A stretch of DNA of 64,000 bases from Limnochordia bacterium (GTDB lineage Bacteria; Bacillota; Limnochordia; DTU080): positions 32,001-96,000 of the forward strand of contig JBMNJG010000004.1 in NCBI GenBank assembly GCA_050951545.1. Reading direction: 5' to 3'. Of this stretch, positions 49,559-59,804 are shown in pieces (position 1 is the stretch's first letter; the number at the start of each line of letters is the position of its first letter). A program made the translations under genes and the position numbers. The notes beneath the pieces are model-generated. The model had not been told where the DNA came from. It worked only from the letters and a program-made list of their open reading frames with translations, and did no database searches.

Positions 49559-52500
49559 ATGGTAAGAGGCAGAAGCGGTTGTTTGGCGTTGGCTATGGCT
49601 CTTGCGTGTCTTCTAGCTATGGGTTCACTTGGTTGCATGGCTGCTGTACCCGGTGAGGGGTGGCTTCCAACGAGGTTGGGTGACGAGCGGGCGGTAGCTC
49701 AGGGGCGCCTCACCCTCAGGGGCAACCACGAGGTCCTCTTGCACGTGGGATCACCTGGCCTGGTGCGCGTCTACGCCAGATCTGTCCAGATTGGGCGTTA
49801 TGTTGACGAAGTCTCCATGCGGCTCATCACTGGCTCCAGAGAGGTGGGCGGGGATAGCGTGCTTGCGCTCAAGCCTGCCCAGCAGGGAGTCTTTGAGTTT
49901 GAGGCGCCTGGGCGAGGCCTCTACCGCCTTGCCGTGGACACAGGCCTCAACGCCGTGGAGGTGAGGCCCGAGGCCGATGGCTGGGTGATACCTGCCCAAC
50001 AGGGTCAAGAGATACATATCATCTTCGCTGCTGGCCCCCTGTACTTCTTTGTGCCACAGGATACTCGGGTCTTCGAGGTGTGGGGCAAGGGGGGAGGGCC
50101 GAATGAGAACCTGCGTCTGCGCGTCAAGAGGCCGGACGGTTCCATTCACGGCGAGCTGCTTTCGTGGGGCTCATCGCCTGAAGTGCTGAGCGTAGAGGTC
50201 CCCAAGGGTACCGATGGTTCGGTGTGGTCGTTGGAGTTGCTCACGCCGCCACAGGGAGTTCTGGAGGACGCCTACGTCTGGTTCTCGCCGGAGATATCCG
50301 GTCTTTCTACGCAGGCGGCAAGTCTCATCGCTCCCTTCTTGCAGGGCATGCAGCGGGCCCCTGTGGTTCTTTCGGACGAGGAGCTGAGGTTGAGCTTCGG
50401 CTGGAACGCGGTTCCTCCCTCAGACGCAGCCTACCTGCGTCTCGCACTAACGAAGACCTCTGGGGAGCTGGTGGGTGAGGAACGGTTTAGCCTCACCGAT
50501 GCCCTCAACCCAGTAGAGTGGGTCTTGCCCGAGGCGGTACCACCGGGCTCATATGATCTTAGTGCCGAGCTTGGCAACGCGGAGGGCGAGGCGGTTACGG
50601 CACTACACAGTCAGCTGCACCTGACGCCCAGCATGCTCTACACGGGTGACTACAAGCCTTTGGTCAGGGGGCGTCTGAGTTCCACAGAGGGCGCCTTTCC
50701 GACTTTGGTGATTCGGCCAGAGGTCGACCCAGCCCTCCTTGCCAACGTGCATCTCGTCGTTGAACTCTCGGTTTCTGATGTCTCTTCAGAGCCTGGTGGG
50801 CCCGATAGACGAGTTCTTCTTCGGGAGAGCTATCACGATATCAGTTGGGACGGGATCGAAGTTGACCTGGTCACCGAGACTCCCGAAAAACATGGCCTGT
50901 ACTGCTGGCAGATCGAGACGTACAATGCTCAAGGACAGGCTCTTGATGTGCAACGCGTGCATCTGGTGCAAAGGTACGGTGAGCGCTTTGCCGAGTCACT
51001 GGAAAGCGTGCGGTTCGGGCCGTTGCCCGAGAAAGCAGGAACTACCTGGCACGTCTTTGTGCCAGAGGCGATAGAGGCTATCCGATATGGCTACCGCCCT
51101 GATGCTCGGGCTCTTGAGCGAGAGCCCGCCATATCTGCTACTCCCGGCGAGGTGGCGCCTTTCACCCTTGGTCTGATCGCTGTGTCAGCCGTTGAGGGAC
51201 TCGAGGTGAGTGTCTCTGATCTGGCAGGACCTGGAGGCTGCGTGATTCCTGCCGATGCGATCGAGACCTATAAGGCGCACTACATGGCTCAGCGCACGAA
51301 CTGGAATAGTCAGGACTTCTGGATCGTCCCCGAAATCCTGGTGCCCTTGCGCGACCCGGACATGCCCATGAGCCGGGCTCGTATGATCCGTAGCATCTAC
51401 CCAGGGATTCCCATTCCCTCGCCAGCCCTCTCTCTGGCTGCTTTTCAGCAGGCGCAGCTGTGGTTCTCAGTTAACGTACCCCAAGAGGCTCAACCTGGTC
51501 TTTATGAAGGTGTGGTGAGCCTCAAGGATGAGCAGGGCCAGGTGGTACGCAAACGGCTCGAACTCCGGGTGCTACCTTTTGCGCTGGCTCAGCCCAGCGA
51601 CCGTCACTGGGGGCTGTACAGTGATAGCAGCAGGTGGGATCTGTTCACGGAGGAGCTGCTAAGGGCCGAGTTGCGCGATTTTCGCCAGCACGGCATCACG
51701 GGCTTGATCATGTATCCTCTCGTGCATAGCACCATATCGGTACGTGAGGGAAGGCTGGTTATCAACTCCGACAAGTTTGCTGGTTACATGAAGATGGCCC
51801 GCGAGGTAGGTCTTGACGGGCCAATGGTCATGGACTTTCAGGGTCTGCGCAACCGAGTCAAGCAACTCACTGGCACGGATGTGGGCAGTTCCGGATTTGC
51901 AGATTTCTACACGGAAGTGATCGGGCACTTTGCTGAGCGTGGGATCCAAGAAGAGTGGGGAGAGATGGTCTACCACGCCGTCGACGAGCCGTCAAACCAA
52001 GAGAAGGCGCGTGACGCGCAAGCACTGCTGAGCATCATCAAACAGATGGGACTTCCCACGTTTACCACGGCGAACAACGTTCAGATGGTCAGTGAACTGC
52101 TCGATCACGTGCTTGACGTGCGAACGTGGTACATCAGTTTTGCTGCATCGCCCACCGCGGCAGCAGCCCGTCGTGCCGAGGCCGAAGCTGTAGGGGGACA
52201 TTTCTGGTGCTACGGCAGCGGCTCCTACACGGGACAGGAAGGTCGCATGCTGGCCAATCGTTATATTGGCGGGTTGTTCCTCGCTAAGAGTGGAGCGGAG
52301 GGCATGTGGAGCTGGACCTTCCAGCGTCCTAAAGACCAGCCCTACGACGACTTCGATGGTGCAGGTCATAGAGAACAGAAGGATGCGATGATCACCTATC
52401 CGAGTTTCTTCACCGCCACCAGATCTTATCCGACGCTGCAGTGGGAAGGTATTCGGGAAGGTGTTGACGACTATCGTTACATGCACACGTTGAAGGTGTT

Positions 52501-52651
52501 GGCGACGGAACGAGGTCGCACTGACATCCTTGAGGAAATGGAACAGCTGCTCGAAGAGGTACCATGGAATGTCAAGGCATTTTCTGCCGAAGCGGCCGAT
52601 CGGGTGAGAGCTCGGATCGTGGGTCTACTGCTGGAACTTGCTGAGCAGTGA
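49559..52651 (+). CDS. Large secreted DUF4091/GH123-like glycoside hydrolase
   Basis: Signal peptide, WFSVNVP..A.PGLYEG, DEP and WEGIREGVDDYRY motifs. Confidence 0.78.
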   Translation: MVRGRSGCLALAMALACLLAMGSLGCMAAVPGEGWLPTRLGDERAVAQGRLTLRGNHEVLLHVGSPGLVRVYARSVQIGRYVDEVSMRLITGSREVGGDSVLALKPAQQGVFEFEAPGRGLYRLAVDTGLNAVEVRPEADGWVIPAQQGQEIHIIFAAGPLYFFVPQDTRVFEVWGKGGGPNENLRLRVKRPDGSIHGELLSWGSSPEVLSVEVPKGTDGSVWSLELLTPPQGVLEDAYVWFSPEISGLSTQAASLIAPFLQGMQRAPVVLSDEELRLSFGWNAVPPSDAAYLRLALTKTSGELVGEERFSLTDALNPVEWVLPEAVPPGSYDLSAELGNAEGEAVTALHSQLHLTPSMLYTGDYKPLVRGRLSSTEGAFPTLVIRPEVDPALLANVHLVVELSVSDVSSEPGGPDRRVLLRESYHDISWDGIEVDLVTETPEKHGLYCWQIETYNAQGQALDVQRVHLVQRYGERFAESLESVRFGPLPEKAGTTWHVFVPEAIEAIRYGYRPDARALEREPAISATPGEVAPFTLGLIAVSAVEGLEVSVSDLAGPGGCVIPADAIETYKAHYMAQRTNWNSQDFWIVPEILVPLRDPDMPMSRARMIRSIYPGIPIPSPALSLAAFQQAQLWFSVNVPQEAQPGLYEGVVSLKDEQGQVVRKRLELRVLPFALAQPSDRHWGLYSDSSRWDLFTEELLRAELRDFRQHGITGLIMYPLVHSTISVREGRLVINSDKFAGYMKMAREVGLDGPMVMDFQGLRNRVKQLTGTDVGSSGFADFYTEVIGHFAERGIQEEWGEMVYHAVDEPSNQEKARDAQALLSIIKQMGLPTFTTANNVQMVSELLDHVLDVRTWYISFAASPTAAAARRAEAEAVGGHFWCYGSGSYTGQEGRMLANRYIGGLFLAKSGAEGMWSWTFQRPKDQPYDDFDGAGHREQKDAMITYPSFFTATRSYPTLQWEGIREGVDDYRYMHTLKVLATERGRTDILEEMEQLLEEVPWNVKAFSAEAADRVRARIVGLLLELAEQ

Positions 52652-52677
52652 AGAGCGATCAGACAAGGGCCCAATGA

Positions 52678-52710
52678 GAAGACGACCCCGCTCCAAGCGG
52701 GGTCGTCTTC
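52678..52710. terminator. Hairpin between convergent genes
   Basis: GAAGACGACCCCGCT-CCA-AGCGGGGTCGTCTTC perfect stem. Confidence 0.75.
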
Positions 52711-52754
52711 GCTTACGCCCGGCATGTCTGCCTGGGGGTACTGGTCATGCCGCT

Positions 52755-54119
52755 CTATGGCGTTGGTGAGCTGTGCAGGAGACCAGTACCACTTTTTGTT
52801 TGCAGGTGGATGCCTCGCCGAGCCAACTTCGTTGTGTATATGGTCTCATCGGAAAGGCATCCGGCCACGATGGCGCTGATCACACAGCTGATCATCAGCG
52901 GCAAGATGATTTGGTAGTCACGGGTGAGTTCAAAGAGCATCACGATGGCCGTAACAGGGGCCTGTGTTGCCCCCGCAAACAGCGCTCCCATGCCTACGAG
53001 AGCGTAGGCACCCGATGCGCCCGTGGCAGTTGGGTAGAGGGCGTGCACGAGACTGCCAAAGGCCCCACCCAGCATCGCCCCTACATACAGCGAGGGGGCA
53101 AACACGCCTCCAGAACCTCCGGAGCCGACACTGAGAGCAGTGGCCATTATCTTCAGTGCCACTAGAGCGATCAGCAAGCCGGGCAGCATCTGATTGTGCA
53201 AGGCGGCTCTGATGCTGTCAAACCCCATACCAAGGATCTGTGGAAAAAACACGCCCAGGGCACCCACCATCAGACCCCCGATGGCGGGTTTGATATAGGG
53301 GGGCATGAAGTCTATTTCCTCCCAGATGTCCCCGGTCCTGTAGAGGACGCGGCTAAAGACGGTGGCCACTAGGGCTGCAGCCGCCCCCAAGAGCGCGTAC
53401 AATACGAGTTCGCCAGAATGGACGATGCTGTAGGGAGGTACGGCAAACGCTGGCTGGCTGCCCAGAAAGACCTGTGAAGTAACCGAAGCCAATACAGACG
53501 AGATGACAATCAGGCTGAAGGTGCCCGTGGAGAACTCTCTCAGGATCAGCTCCAATGCAAACAACACTCCGGCCAGCGGTGCGTTAAAGGTGGCTGAAAT
53601 GCCGGCTGCTGCACCACATCCCACAAGGACCTTGCAGATCTCGCCTGGCACCTTTAGGATCTGACCGACAACGGAGCCCACCGCTGCTCCCAACTGCACG
53701 ACGGGTCCTTCGCTACCGACCGAGCCACCAGAACCGATGTAGAAGGCAGCGGCTAAGGTCTTCACCACCATTACTCGTGGCCTGATCACGCCTTCTCGAA
53801 GCGCAACGGCTTCCATGACCTCTGGCACGCCGCAGCCCTTAGCTTCTCGGGCCAAGAAGTGGATCAGCGGGCCCACAAGCAGACCGCCAATGGCAGGAAT
53901 AAGGATGATGTAGTACTTGCCCATGAAGCGAAGAAGACCGTCGCCAAGCCCGAAAAGCAGGACATGGAAGTTGTCGATGAGCCAGTGGAATACCACAGTG
54001 AGTAAGCCAGCACCTACGCCCACAGTGATCGCCAAAACGACGAGTATGGCGATGCTAGATCGCCTGGTCAGATTAGCATTCTGCAGAGACTCTTCATTTG
54101 ATACGACGTCACACTTCAC
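52755..54119 (-). CDS. ClC family chloride channel/H+ antiporter
   Basis: GCGVPE, GSEGP, FNAPLAG, GGVFAP and TIY motifs. Confidence 0.92.
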   Translation of the reverse strand: MKCDVVSNEESLQNANLTRRSSIAILVVLAITVGVGAGLLTVVFHWLIDNFHVLLFGLGDGLLRFMGKYYIILIPAIGGLLVGPLIHFLAREAKGCGVPEVMEAVALREGVIRPRVMVVKTLAAAFYIGSGGSVGSEGPVVQLGAAVGSVVGQILKVPGEICKVLVGCGAAAGISATFNAPLAGVLFALELILREFSTGTFSLIVISSVLASVTSQVFLGSQPAFAVPPYSIVHSGELVLYALLGAAAALVATVFSRVLYRTGDIWEEIDFMPPYIKPAIGGLMVGALGVFFPQILGMGFDSIRAALHNQMLPGLLIALVALKIMATALSVGSGGSGGVFAPSLYVGAMLGGAFGSLVHALYPTATGASGAYALVGMGALFAGATQAPVTAIVMLFELTRDYQIILPLMISCVISAIVAGCLSDETIYTTKLARRGIHLQTKSGTGLLHSSPTP

Positions 54120-54415
54120 TTTCTATCAATCCGCCTAGATGGTGATCTTCCTGCATCGTTCTGGGTCCCCCGTCGATACCAGAAACGTGGCAGGCTCCAT
54201 TATAATATCATGTTAGCATTGCGAAAACAGGGGGTCAATGACGGGACTCCTCGCCGCAACTCTGACAGCCTATGAGCGGGCTCGGTGGACTACTGCGGGC
54301 AGGTGATTGCGTGTGGCCATGGAAGCTAGGGGAGATTGTAGAAATGAGGGGGACGTTTTCCATGGAAATGTTGGGTTTGGAGTGCTGCCCACTGATAGAG
54401 GGCGTACGATCTGCT

Positions 54416-55198
54416 GTGGTCGAGTTCAGAGTTGGCTTACTTACATTCCTCATGGTTCTTGTTGCTGCAGGGCTCTGCCCCACGGTGGCGATGGCAGCAA
54501 GGAAGGCGGATCAGCCAGTGACCGTCTACTTGGCGGGCGATTCGACCGTAGCCAGTTACCCGGCCAGTCGGGCTCCATTGACGGGTTGGGGACAGGTTCT
54601 GGAGCGCTTTTTCACTGACGCCATCACCGTGAAAAACGAGGCTGTCTCTGGACGGAGCTCAAAAAGCTTCATCGACGAAGGGCGTCTCACTGCGATCCTC
54701 AATGCCATCCAGCCTGGGGATTACCTGTTCATCCAGTTCGCTCATAACGATGAGAAGAGCGCTGACCCCAAACGTTACACTGAGCCACAGACGAGCTTCA
54801 AGGCGTATCTCAGGCAGTATGTGGACGGTGCTCGAGTCAAAGGAGCGTATCCGATCCTGGTTACCCCTATGCACCGAAGGGGTTTCGTAGCAGACGGGAC
54901 GATCAGGTTCTCCCATGGCGAGTATCCGAACGCCATACTGGAGCTAGCTGACGAAATGCAGGTGCCTGTGGTTGATCTTCATCAGAAGAGCCAGGCGTTG
55001 TTCGAGGCAGTAGGGGTTTCCGGCACGAAGCGCTTGTTCCTTTGGCTGGACAAAGGTGAGCACCCCAACTACCCAGACGGGAAAGAGGACAATACCCATT
55101 TCAGTGAGCACGGAGCAGTCGAGATTGCCAGACTCGTGGTAGAGGGACTGAGGGAAGCGAAAATACCGCTTGCGGATTATCTGAAGGATGAGGGATAG
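54416..55198 (+). CDS. SGNH/GDSL rhamnogalacturonan acetylesterase-like protein
   Basis: GDST, GWG, SGRSS, QFAHND and DNTH motifs, with a signal peptide. Confidence 0.9.
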   Translation: MVEFRVGLLTFLMVLVAAGLCPTVAMAARKADQPVTVYLAGDSTVASYPASRAPLTGWGQVLERFFTDAITVKNEAVSGRSSKSFIDEGRLTAILNAIQPGDYLFIQFAHNDEKSADPKRYTEPQTSFKAYLRQYVDGARVKGAYPILVTPMHRRGFVADGTIRFSHGEYPNAILELADEMQVPVVDLHQKSQALFEAVGVSGTKRLFLWLDKGEHPNYPDGKEDNTHFSEHGAVEIARLVVEGLREAKIPLADYLKDEG

Positions 55199-55218
55199 AG
55201 TGTGAGGGATACTCAGAA

Positions 55219-55695
55219 ATGCTAAGTGGCAGGGCGTATCAGCTGACGCTTCCCAGAAAGCGGATGGCAGCTGGGGCTCTTTTTCTAGACGACGCTCAGG
55301 GAATTCTGATCGTGAAGCCGACCTATCGTGACCGATGGCTGATTCCCGGCGGGGTAGTAGAGGAAGGTGAATCACCTGCTGCAGCTTGCGCGCGGGAGGT
55401 GCGCGAGGAGCTGGGTCTCGACGTCTGTCTGGGGCGGCTTCTTTGTCTTGAGTACCAGTCTCCAACCGAAGACCGCACGGAATCTCTGCAATTTGTTTTC
55501 TATTGTGGAGTTCTAGCAGCAGATCAGATAGCAGCGATAGTGGTCGCTGGTGATGAGCTCTCAGAGTACGTGTTTGCTCAGCAAGAGGAAGCCGTGTTGA
55601 AGCTCGTACCCCGGCTTGCTACGCGCGTCTGCCTGGCATTGAGTGCCCTCGAGCGCGGTGTGACCATCTACGCCGAAAACGGTGTCGAGGTGTAA
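55219..55695 (+). CDS. NUDIX hydrolase
   Basis: PGGVVEEGESPAAACAREVREELG Nudix box. Confidence 0.92.
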   Translation: MLSGRAYQLTLPRKRMAAGALFLDDAQGILIVKPTYRDRWLIPGGVVEEGESPAAACAREVREELGLDVCLGRLLCLEYQSPTEDRTESLQFVFYCGVLAADQIAAIVVAGDELSEYVFAQQEEAVLKLVPRLATRVCLALSALERGVTIYAENGVEV

Positions 55696-55769
55696 ACAGC
55701 GCTGTGAATTGTGGACTTGCGGCGCGCTCGCCCTTAGGTGGGCGAACACGCCGCGTTCCTGTCTTCCCA

Positions 55770-56519
55770 TCAAGGTGCGGTCTGTTCCAAGAGCAGCTGG
55801 ATATGAGGTGCCACTTCCTCCAGGGCAGACTGCGCCGACTTGCGGTTAGCAGTCACCTCACGCGCAGCTGTAGTCATAATGTCATTGATGGTCCAGAAAG
55901 CCGGGGATTTGCGTATCTGGACAATGCCGCCATGCAGCCCCGCCTGCTCAAGCACCACATCCAGGGTAATGGGTCTGCCCACCCTCTCGCGCCAGTGATT
56001 TCGCCATGCAGGCAGGTTGCTTCGCAGTGATGGAATGGCGCCTGCCGCCGTAGCGTACTCCAGGTTGGCCTTCTCATTCCACGTTAGCCAGCGGACAAGC
56101 TCCCAGGCCCCTTCCACATTCGTTGACGTCGAAAGGATGCCATAGCCGATGGGGAAGATGGCTGCCTTTGCAGTGTCTTTCACCCGGAACCAGGGCATGA
56201 ACTCCCAGTCACAGTCCGCCTGGGCAAGGGCTGTGAGAGACCAAGTGCCTAGACCTGCCATGGAGCCCTTGGCGGAGATGAAGTTGCCTTGGCCACCTCC
56301 ATTGGCCATGACTCGGTGTTCGTAGACCAAATCCTGCAGGGACTGCAGAGAGGCCACTGCCTCCGGTCGCGTTCCTTCAAAGGTCCTTAGATCGTCAGAG
56401 ACCCAGCGACCACCCCAGGTGTAGGGAAGGGTGATCCAGCTATCCCAGAAAATGCCCGCAACGCCGTACTGATCGATGCTACCGTCGGTGGCTTGCAGTG
56501 TGAGCTTTTTTGCATATTG
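55770..56519 (-). pseudogene. Solute-binding protein, C-terminal part only
   Basis: Begins at YAKKLT...DG.IDQYG, an internal motif in the other SBPs here. No signal peptide or RBS. Confidence 0.78.
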
Positions 56520-57441
56520 CACGAACCTGACCAGATTCGCTCAATTGGCGAAGGGGTTGCGGCCGCTGTTTGATGGCGAGGAACTCCTGGATGCCCGTGA
56601 CAGGTCAACACCCTATACGCCCTGGGATCCCGAGGTAACGGTGCGTCAGCGCACCGTCAAGGTACCCGAAGATTACCTTCCGGGTGCCAAATCGGTGGTT
56701 GTGTTCGGATTACGTCTCCACTCAGAAGTCATACGGTGGGCTACCAAACCTCCGGCTGAAGCCGTAGGCCCCTATGCTTTCCAGACATACGTGACGAACT
56801 GGGTCGGTGCGCTAGTCGGTGCTCGCCTCGTGAAGCGCCTCGAGGAGTTGGGCCACAAAGCGGTCATGGTGCGTGACCTCATGGGCACGGCATCAGTCAC
56901 GGCCAATCCGCGGGGGTTGCAGGCTGATCTGCGCTCAAACCGATTTGCGGCCTTAGCGGCAGGAGTGGGCTATCTTACAGATGCTGGCCATATCGCAACG
57001 CGCCAGTTTGGGATCAGACAGCGCTTCATTGCTATTGTGACAGACGCCCAACTTGAGGCTTCCGCACTTTACACGCTGACCGAAGGAGAGCGGCTGTGCG
57101 ACAACTGCGATCACGCATGTGTGAATATGTGCCCCACGAATGCTCTGGCTGGTCGGCAGGTTCATCTGCGATGTGAAAACCACGTGCACCGTTTCACACC
57201 TGTAGACGGCAAGCGTTGCGATTGGGCCAAACGCTATGTGGTGGCTGGTGACAGCGGTTTCAAGTATGTCGGATCTGAAGTCGATATTGTGCCCGGAGCG
57301 GAAGTGACTGCGGAGAGTCTGGCAGACGCCTTGCGTCAGCATGATCCCATTACCAAATATCGGCCAGTGGTGGCCGAGCCATGTGTCATCACGTGCCCGT
57401 ACGCAAATGCCGATGTAAGGGCGCAGTTCTTAGCGGTGTAG
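56520..57441 (+). pseudogene. QueG/reductive-dehalogenase-like cobalamin-4Fe-4S protein, 5'-truncated
   Basis: PGAKSVVV, AALAAGVG, FG.RQRF, CDNCDHACVNMCP and CDW...CVITCP motifs. No credible start. Confidence 0.7.
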
Positions 57442-58371
57442 AGGCTTAGCTACTGGCGCCAGTGGCAGGGCTTCCTGTGTATCATCCCCAGCTGTGGCAG
57501 CATGTCTGGCGCGATACCTCGAAGGGCTCTCACCAGTGATTCTGCGGAACACGCTGGCGAAATATGGATAGCTTGTGTACCCAACGTTGGACGCAATGCT
57601 GGACAAGGGAATGGTGGTGCTTGCACAGAGCTGGCGAGCGCTCTCGATTCGTACCAAAGCAATCTGATGGGTGATGGTATGCCCTAGGCGCCGCCTAAAC
57701 AGGCGGGCCAGGTACGAGGGATCAAGGTGAACATGAGCTGCTACATCGCCCGCTCCGATGCCCTCATGGTAGTGATTCCCTATGAATTTCAGGGCCTCAG
57801 CGATAGGATCTGCGGGCTCGGTGATGGCCAGTGATTCAAGGGTCCAGCGGCTGGTCACCTCAACTAGATAGCGCAGCGATAGATCAAGCAGAGTAGCTGC
57901 AGCGGAAAGAGTCTGCCGATCCATCATCGGCAATGCCTGGAGGTACTGGAGGAATTCGGACGGATCGGGGCCATAGGGCCTTATCCGTGCAAGCACGCTT
58001 TCCCAGCTCGTCTCACCTCTGAGACGAGCTTGTCCACAGAAAGCAACGGCAATCAACTCGCCATGGCGCATCACCGGAATCACGATCTCTGTGAGCCCTG
58101 CGTGGCATGTGCGAAAGAATCGCCGCTTGTACTGCCCGGCGAGAGCTACGGTCTCCTCAGTGTCGCACTTGACACAGGCGTCTAGGCCTCCTGGGAGATC
58201 ATGCAGCCTCTGACAGAAACTGCACATGTGGCCTCGATTTCCTCTGATAGCTGAGCCGTGGACCCCCTCCAGGAGACTCTTCAGGTCGTAGATGCACACA
58301 CTAGCACCCGACACCCGTGATACCGCTTGGATAGCTTCCTCTAGCAACTTGGGCTTTCTCGCATCCTCCAT
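57430..58371 (-). CDS. AraC family regulator with PocR ligand-binding domain
   Basis: FC...C..CD...CHAGL..PV...GQ sensor and C-terminal double HTH (SYLARLF...IASNVGY...YF..VF). Confidence 0.9.
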   Translation of the reverse strand: MEDARKPKLLEEAIQAVSRVSGASVCIYDLKSLLEGVHGSAIRGNRGHMCSFCQRLHDLPGGLDACVKCDTEETVALAGQYKRRFFRTCHAGLTEIVIPVMRHGELIAVAFCGQARLRGETSWESVLARIRPYGPDPSEFLQYLQALPMMDRQTLSAAATLLDLSLRYLVEVTSRWTLESLAITEPADPIAEALKFIGNHYHEGIGAGDVAAHVHLDPSYLARLFRRRLGHTITHQIALVRIESARQLCASTTIPLSSIASNVGYTSYPYFASVFRRITGESPSRYRARHAATAGDDTQEALPLAPVAKPLHR

Positions 58372-58436
58372 CAGGAACCCCTGCCTTTCGCTGCGCCTGA
58401 CGGGGCGTCACTGTGAATCACATTTCCCGGCAACTA

Positions 58437-59615
58437 TCAGATCGTCCTGCTGCTAGCCAGCGCCACGTCCAGCACCTTACGTATGGCTACTGGCAGTCCC
58501 GTCTGATGGGCCTCGGTGGGAGACAGCCACACTGGGGAGGAGAACGCCTCGGAGGATGACGGGGTATGGTTGTTGGCGAGCGTAGCACCCGCGATCGGTT
58601 GACTCTCTTCTGCAACCTGTCCGTCTGCCCACTGTAGTGTGTATACCTGCACATCCCAGATCCGATGGGAGAAGGCGTGATGTGCGCCGCCGAGATCCTC
58701 ACCCGCAGTTACTGACAGCCCTAGGCTTGCCACGCTTCGCACCAGACGCTCCAGTGCATCAGCGACAGTCTCGCCTTCATTCAGCTCGACGGCTGGTAGC
58801 TCAGGAAACCCAGCAAGGGGTCCCTCTTGGCGTTGCACGAAGAGAAGACGCTCGTCGCGCCATAGGGCTGCCGCAACTCGTTTGACCCGCTTGGCTTGCT
58901 TGCGTGGCGAACGTGTTGGCAGTTGCTGTTCGAGCCCTGCCTGATGCGCTAAGCACCAGTGACTGAGGGGACAATCTACGCAGCCGGGTCGACGGGACGT
59001 GCAGACCAGGGCCCCCAACTCCATGACTGCCTGGTTGAAGCGCCCTGCCTGTCGCGGCGGCAGCAGTGAGTGTGCTGCTGTGCGCAACCGGGCGTGAGTC
59101 GCTGACTTGTCGATCGGTTCGCTAACACATAACAGGCGTGAAAGAACGCGTTTGGCGTTGGCATCTACTGCAGGATAAGGCTTCCCATAGGCCATGCTCA
59201 GTACGGCACCCGCGGTATAGTCCCCAACACCAGGCAAGGCGTGGAAACTCTCCCACGTTGAGGGGATGTCTCCGCCGTGCACCTCCATCACTTGCTGAGC
59301 TGCCAGGTGCAGTTGCCGCATGCGGGTGTAGTAGCCAAGCCCTGACCACGCAGCGGCGAGAAGCTGAGCGTCGGCTGAAGCAAGATCCCCTACTGTGGGA
59401 AATAGCTCCATGAAACGCAGGAAATAGGGGATGACCGTGACGACTTGCGTCTGCTGGAGCATCACTTCGGAGACCCAGATGGCGTAGGGGTCGCTGGTTC
59501 TGCGCCATGGCAGATCACGGGCGTTTTCGCTGTACCACTGCAGCAGGGCGGTCTGCAAGGCCTCGCTGTCTTCTAAGAGCAGAATCCCTCGGGTTCTCGG
59601 TGAACAACAGGTCAT
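58437..59615 (-). CDS. mutY: A/G-specific adenine glycosylase
   Basis: RDLPWR, VSEVMLQQT, GLGYY, LPGVGDYT, VDAN, C-X6-C-X2-C-X5-C and H.FSH motifs. Start uncertain. Confidence 0.94.
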   Translation of the reverse strand: MTCCSPRTRGILLLEDSEALQTALLQWYSENARDLPWRRTSDPYAIWVSEVMLQQTQVVTVIPYFLRFMELFPTVGDLASADAQLLAAAWSGLGYYTRMRQLHLAAQQVMEVHGGDIPSTWESFHALPGVGDYTAGAVLSMAYGKPYPAVDANAKRVLSRLLCVSEPIDKSATHARLRTAAHSLLPPRQAGRFNQAVMELGALVCTSRRPGCVDCPLSHWCLAHQAGLEQQLPTRSPRKQAKRVKRVAAALWRDERLLFVQRQEGPLAGFPELPAVELNEGETVADALERLVRSVASLGLSVTAGEDLGGAHHAFSHRIWDVQVYTLQWADGQVAEESQPIAGATLANNHTPSSSEAFSSPVWLSPTEAHQTGLPVAIRKVLDVALASSRTI

Positions 59616-59804
59616 CTTCTGTGGGCTCCCCCATGAGGCGCTGATACGAAGCGCTTTCTCTTCGTCGAGTTTGGTTCCGGGTGCCGGCCGTCTGTTCCTG
59701 CCAAGCGTAGCCATGATGAGTGGTCCAGGGGCTCGCCTAACTCGCAGGATTCCGCTGCAATAGGGGTAATCTCTTGAGTATCCAACTCTTGGGAGGTAGT
59801 GCCC

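Noticed and set aside
54120-54330. Fluoride riboswitch and CLC-F exporter
   Set aside because: No crcB-motif consensus is visible upstream, and the ClC lacks the GNNLI/GREGT-type CLC-F signatures.
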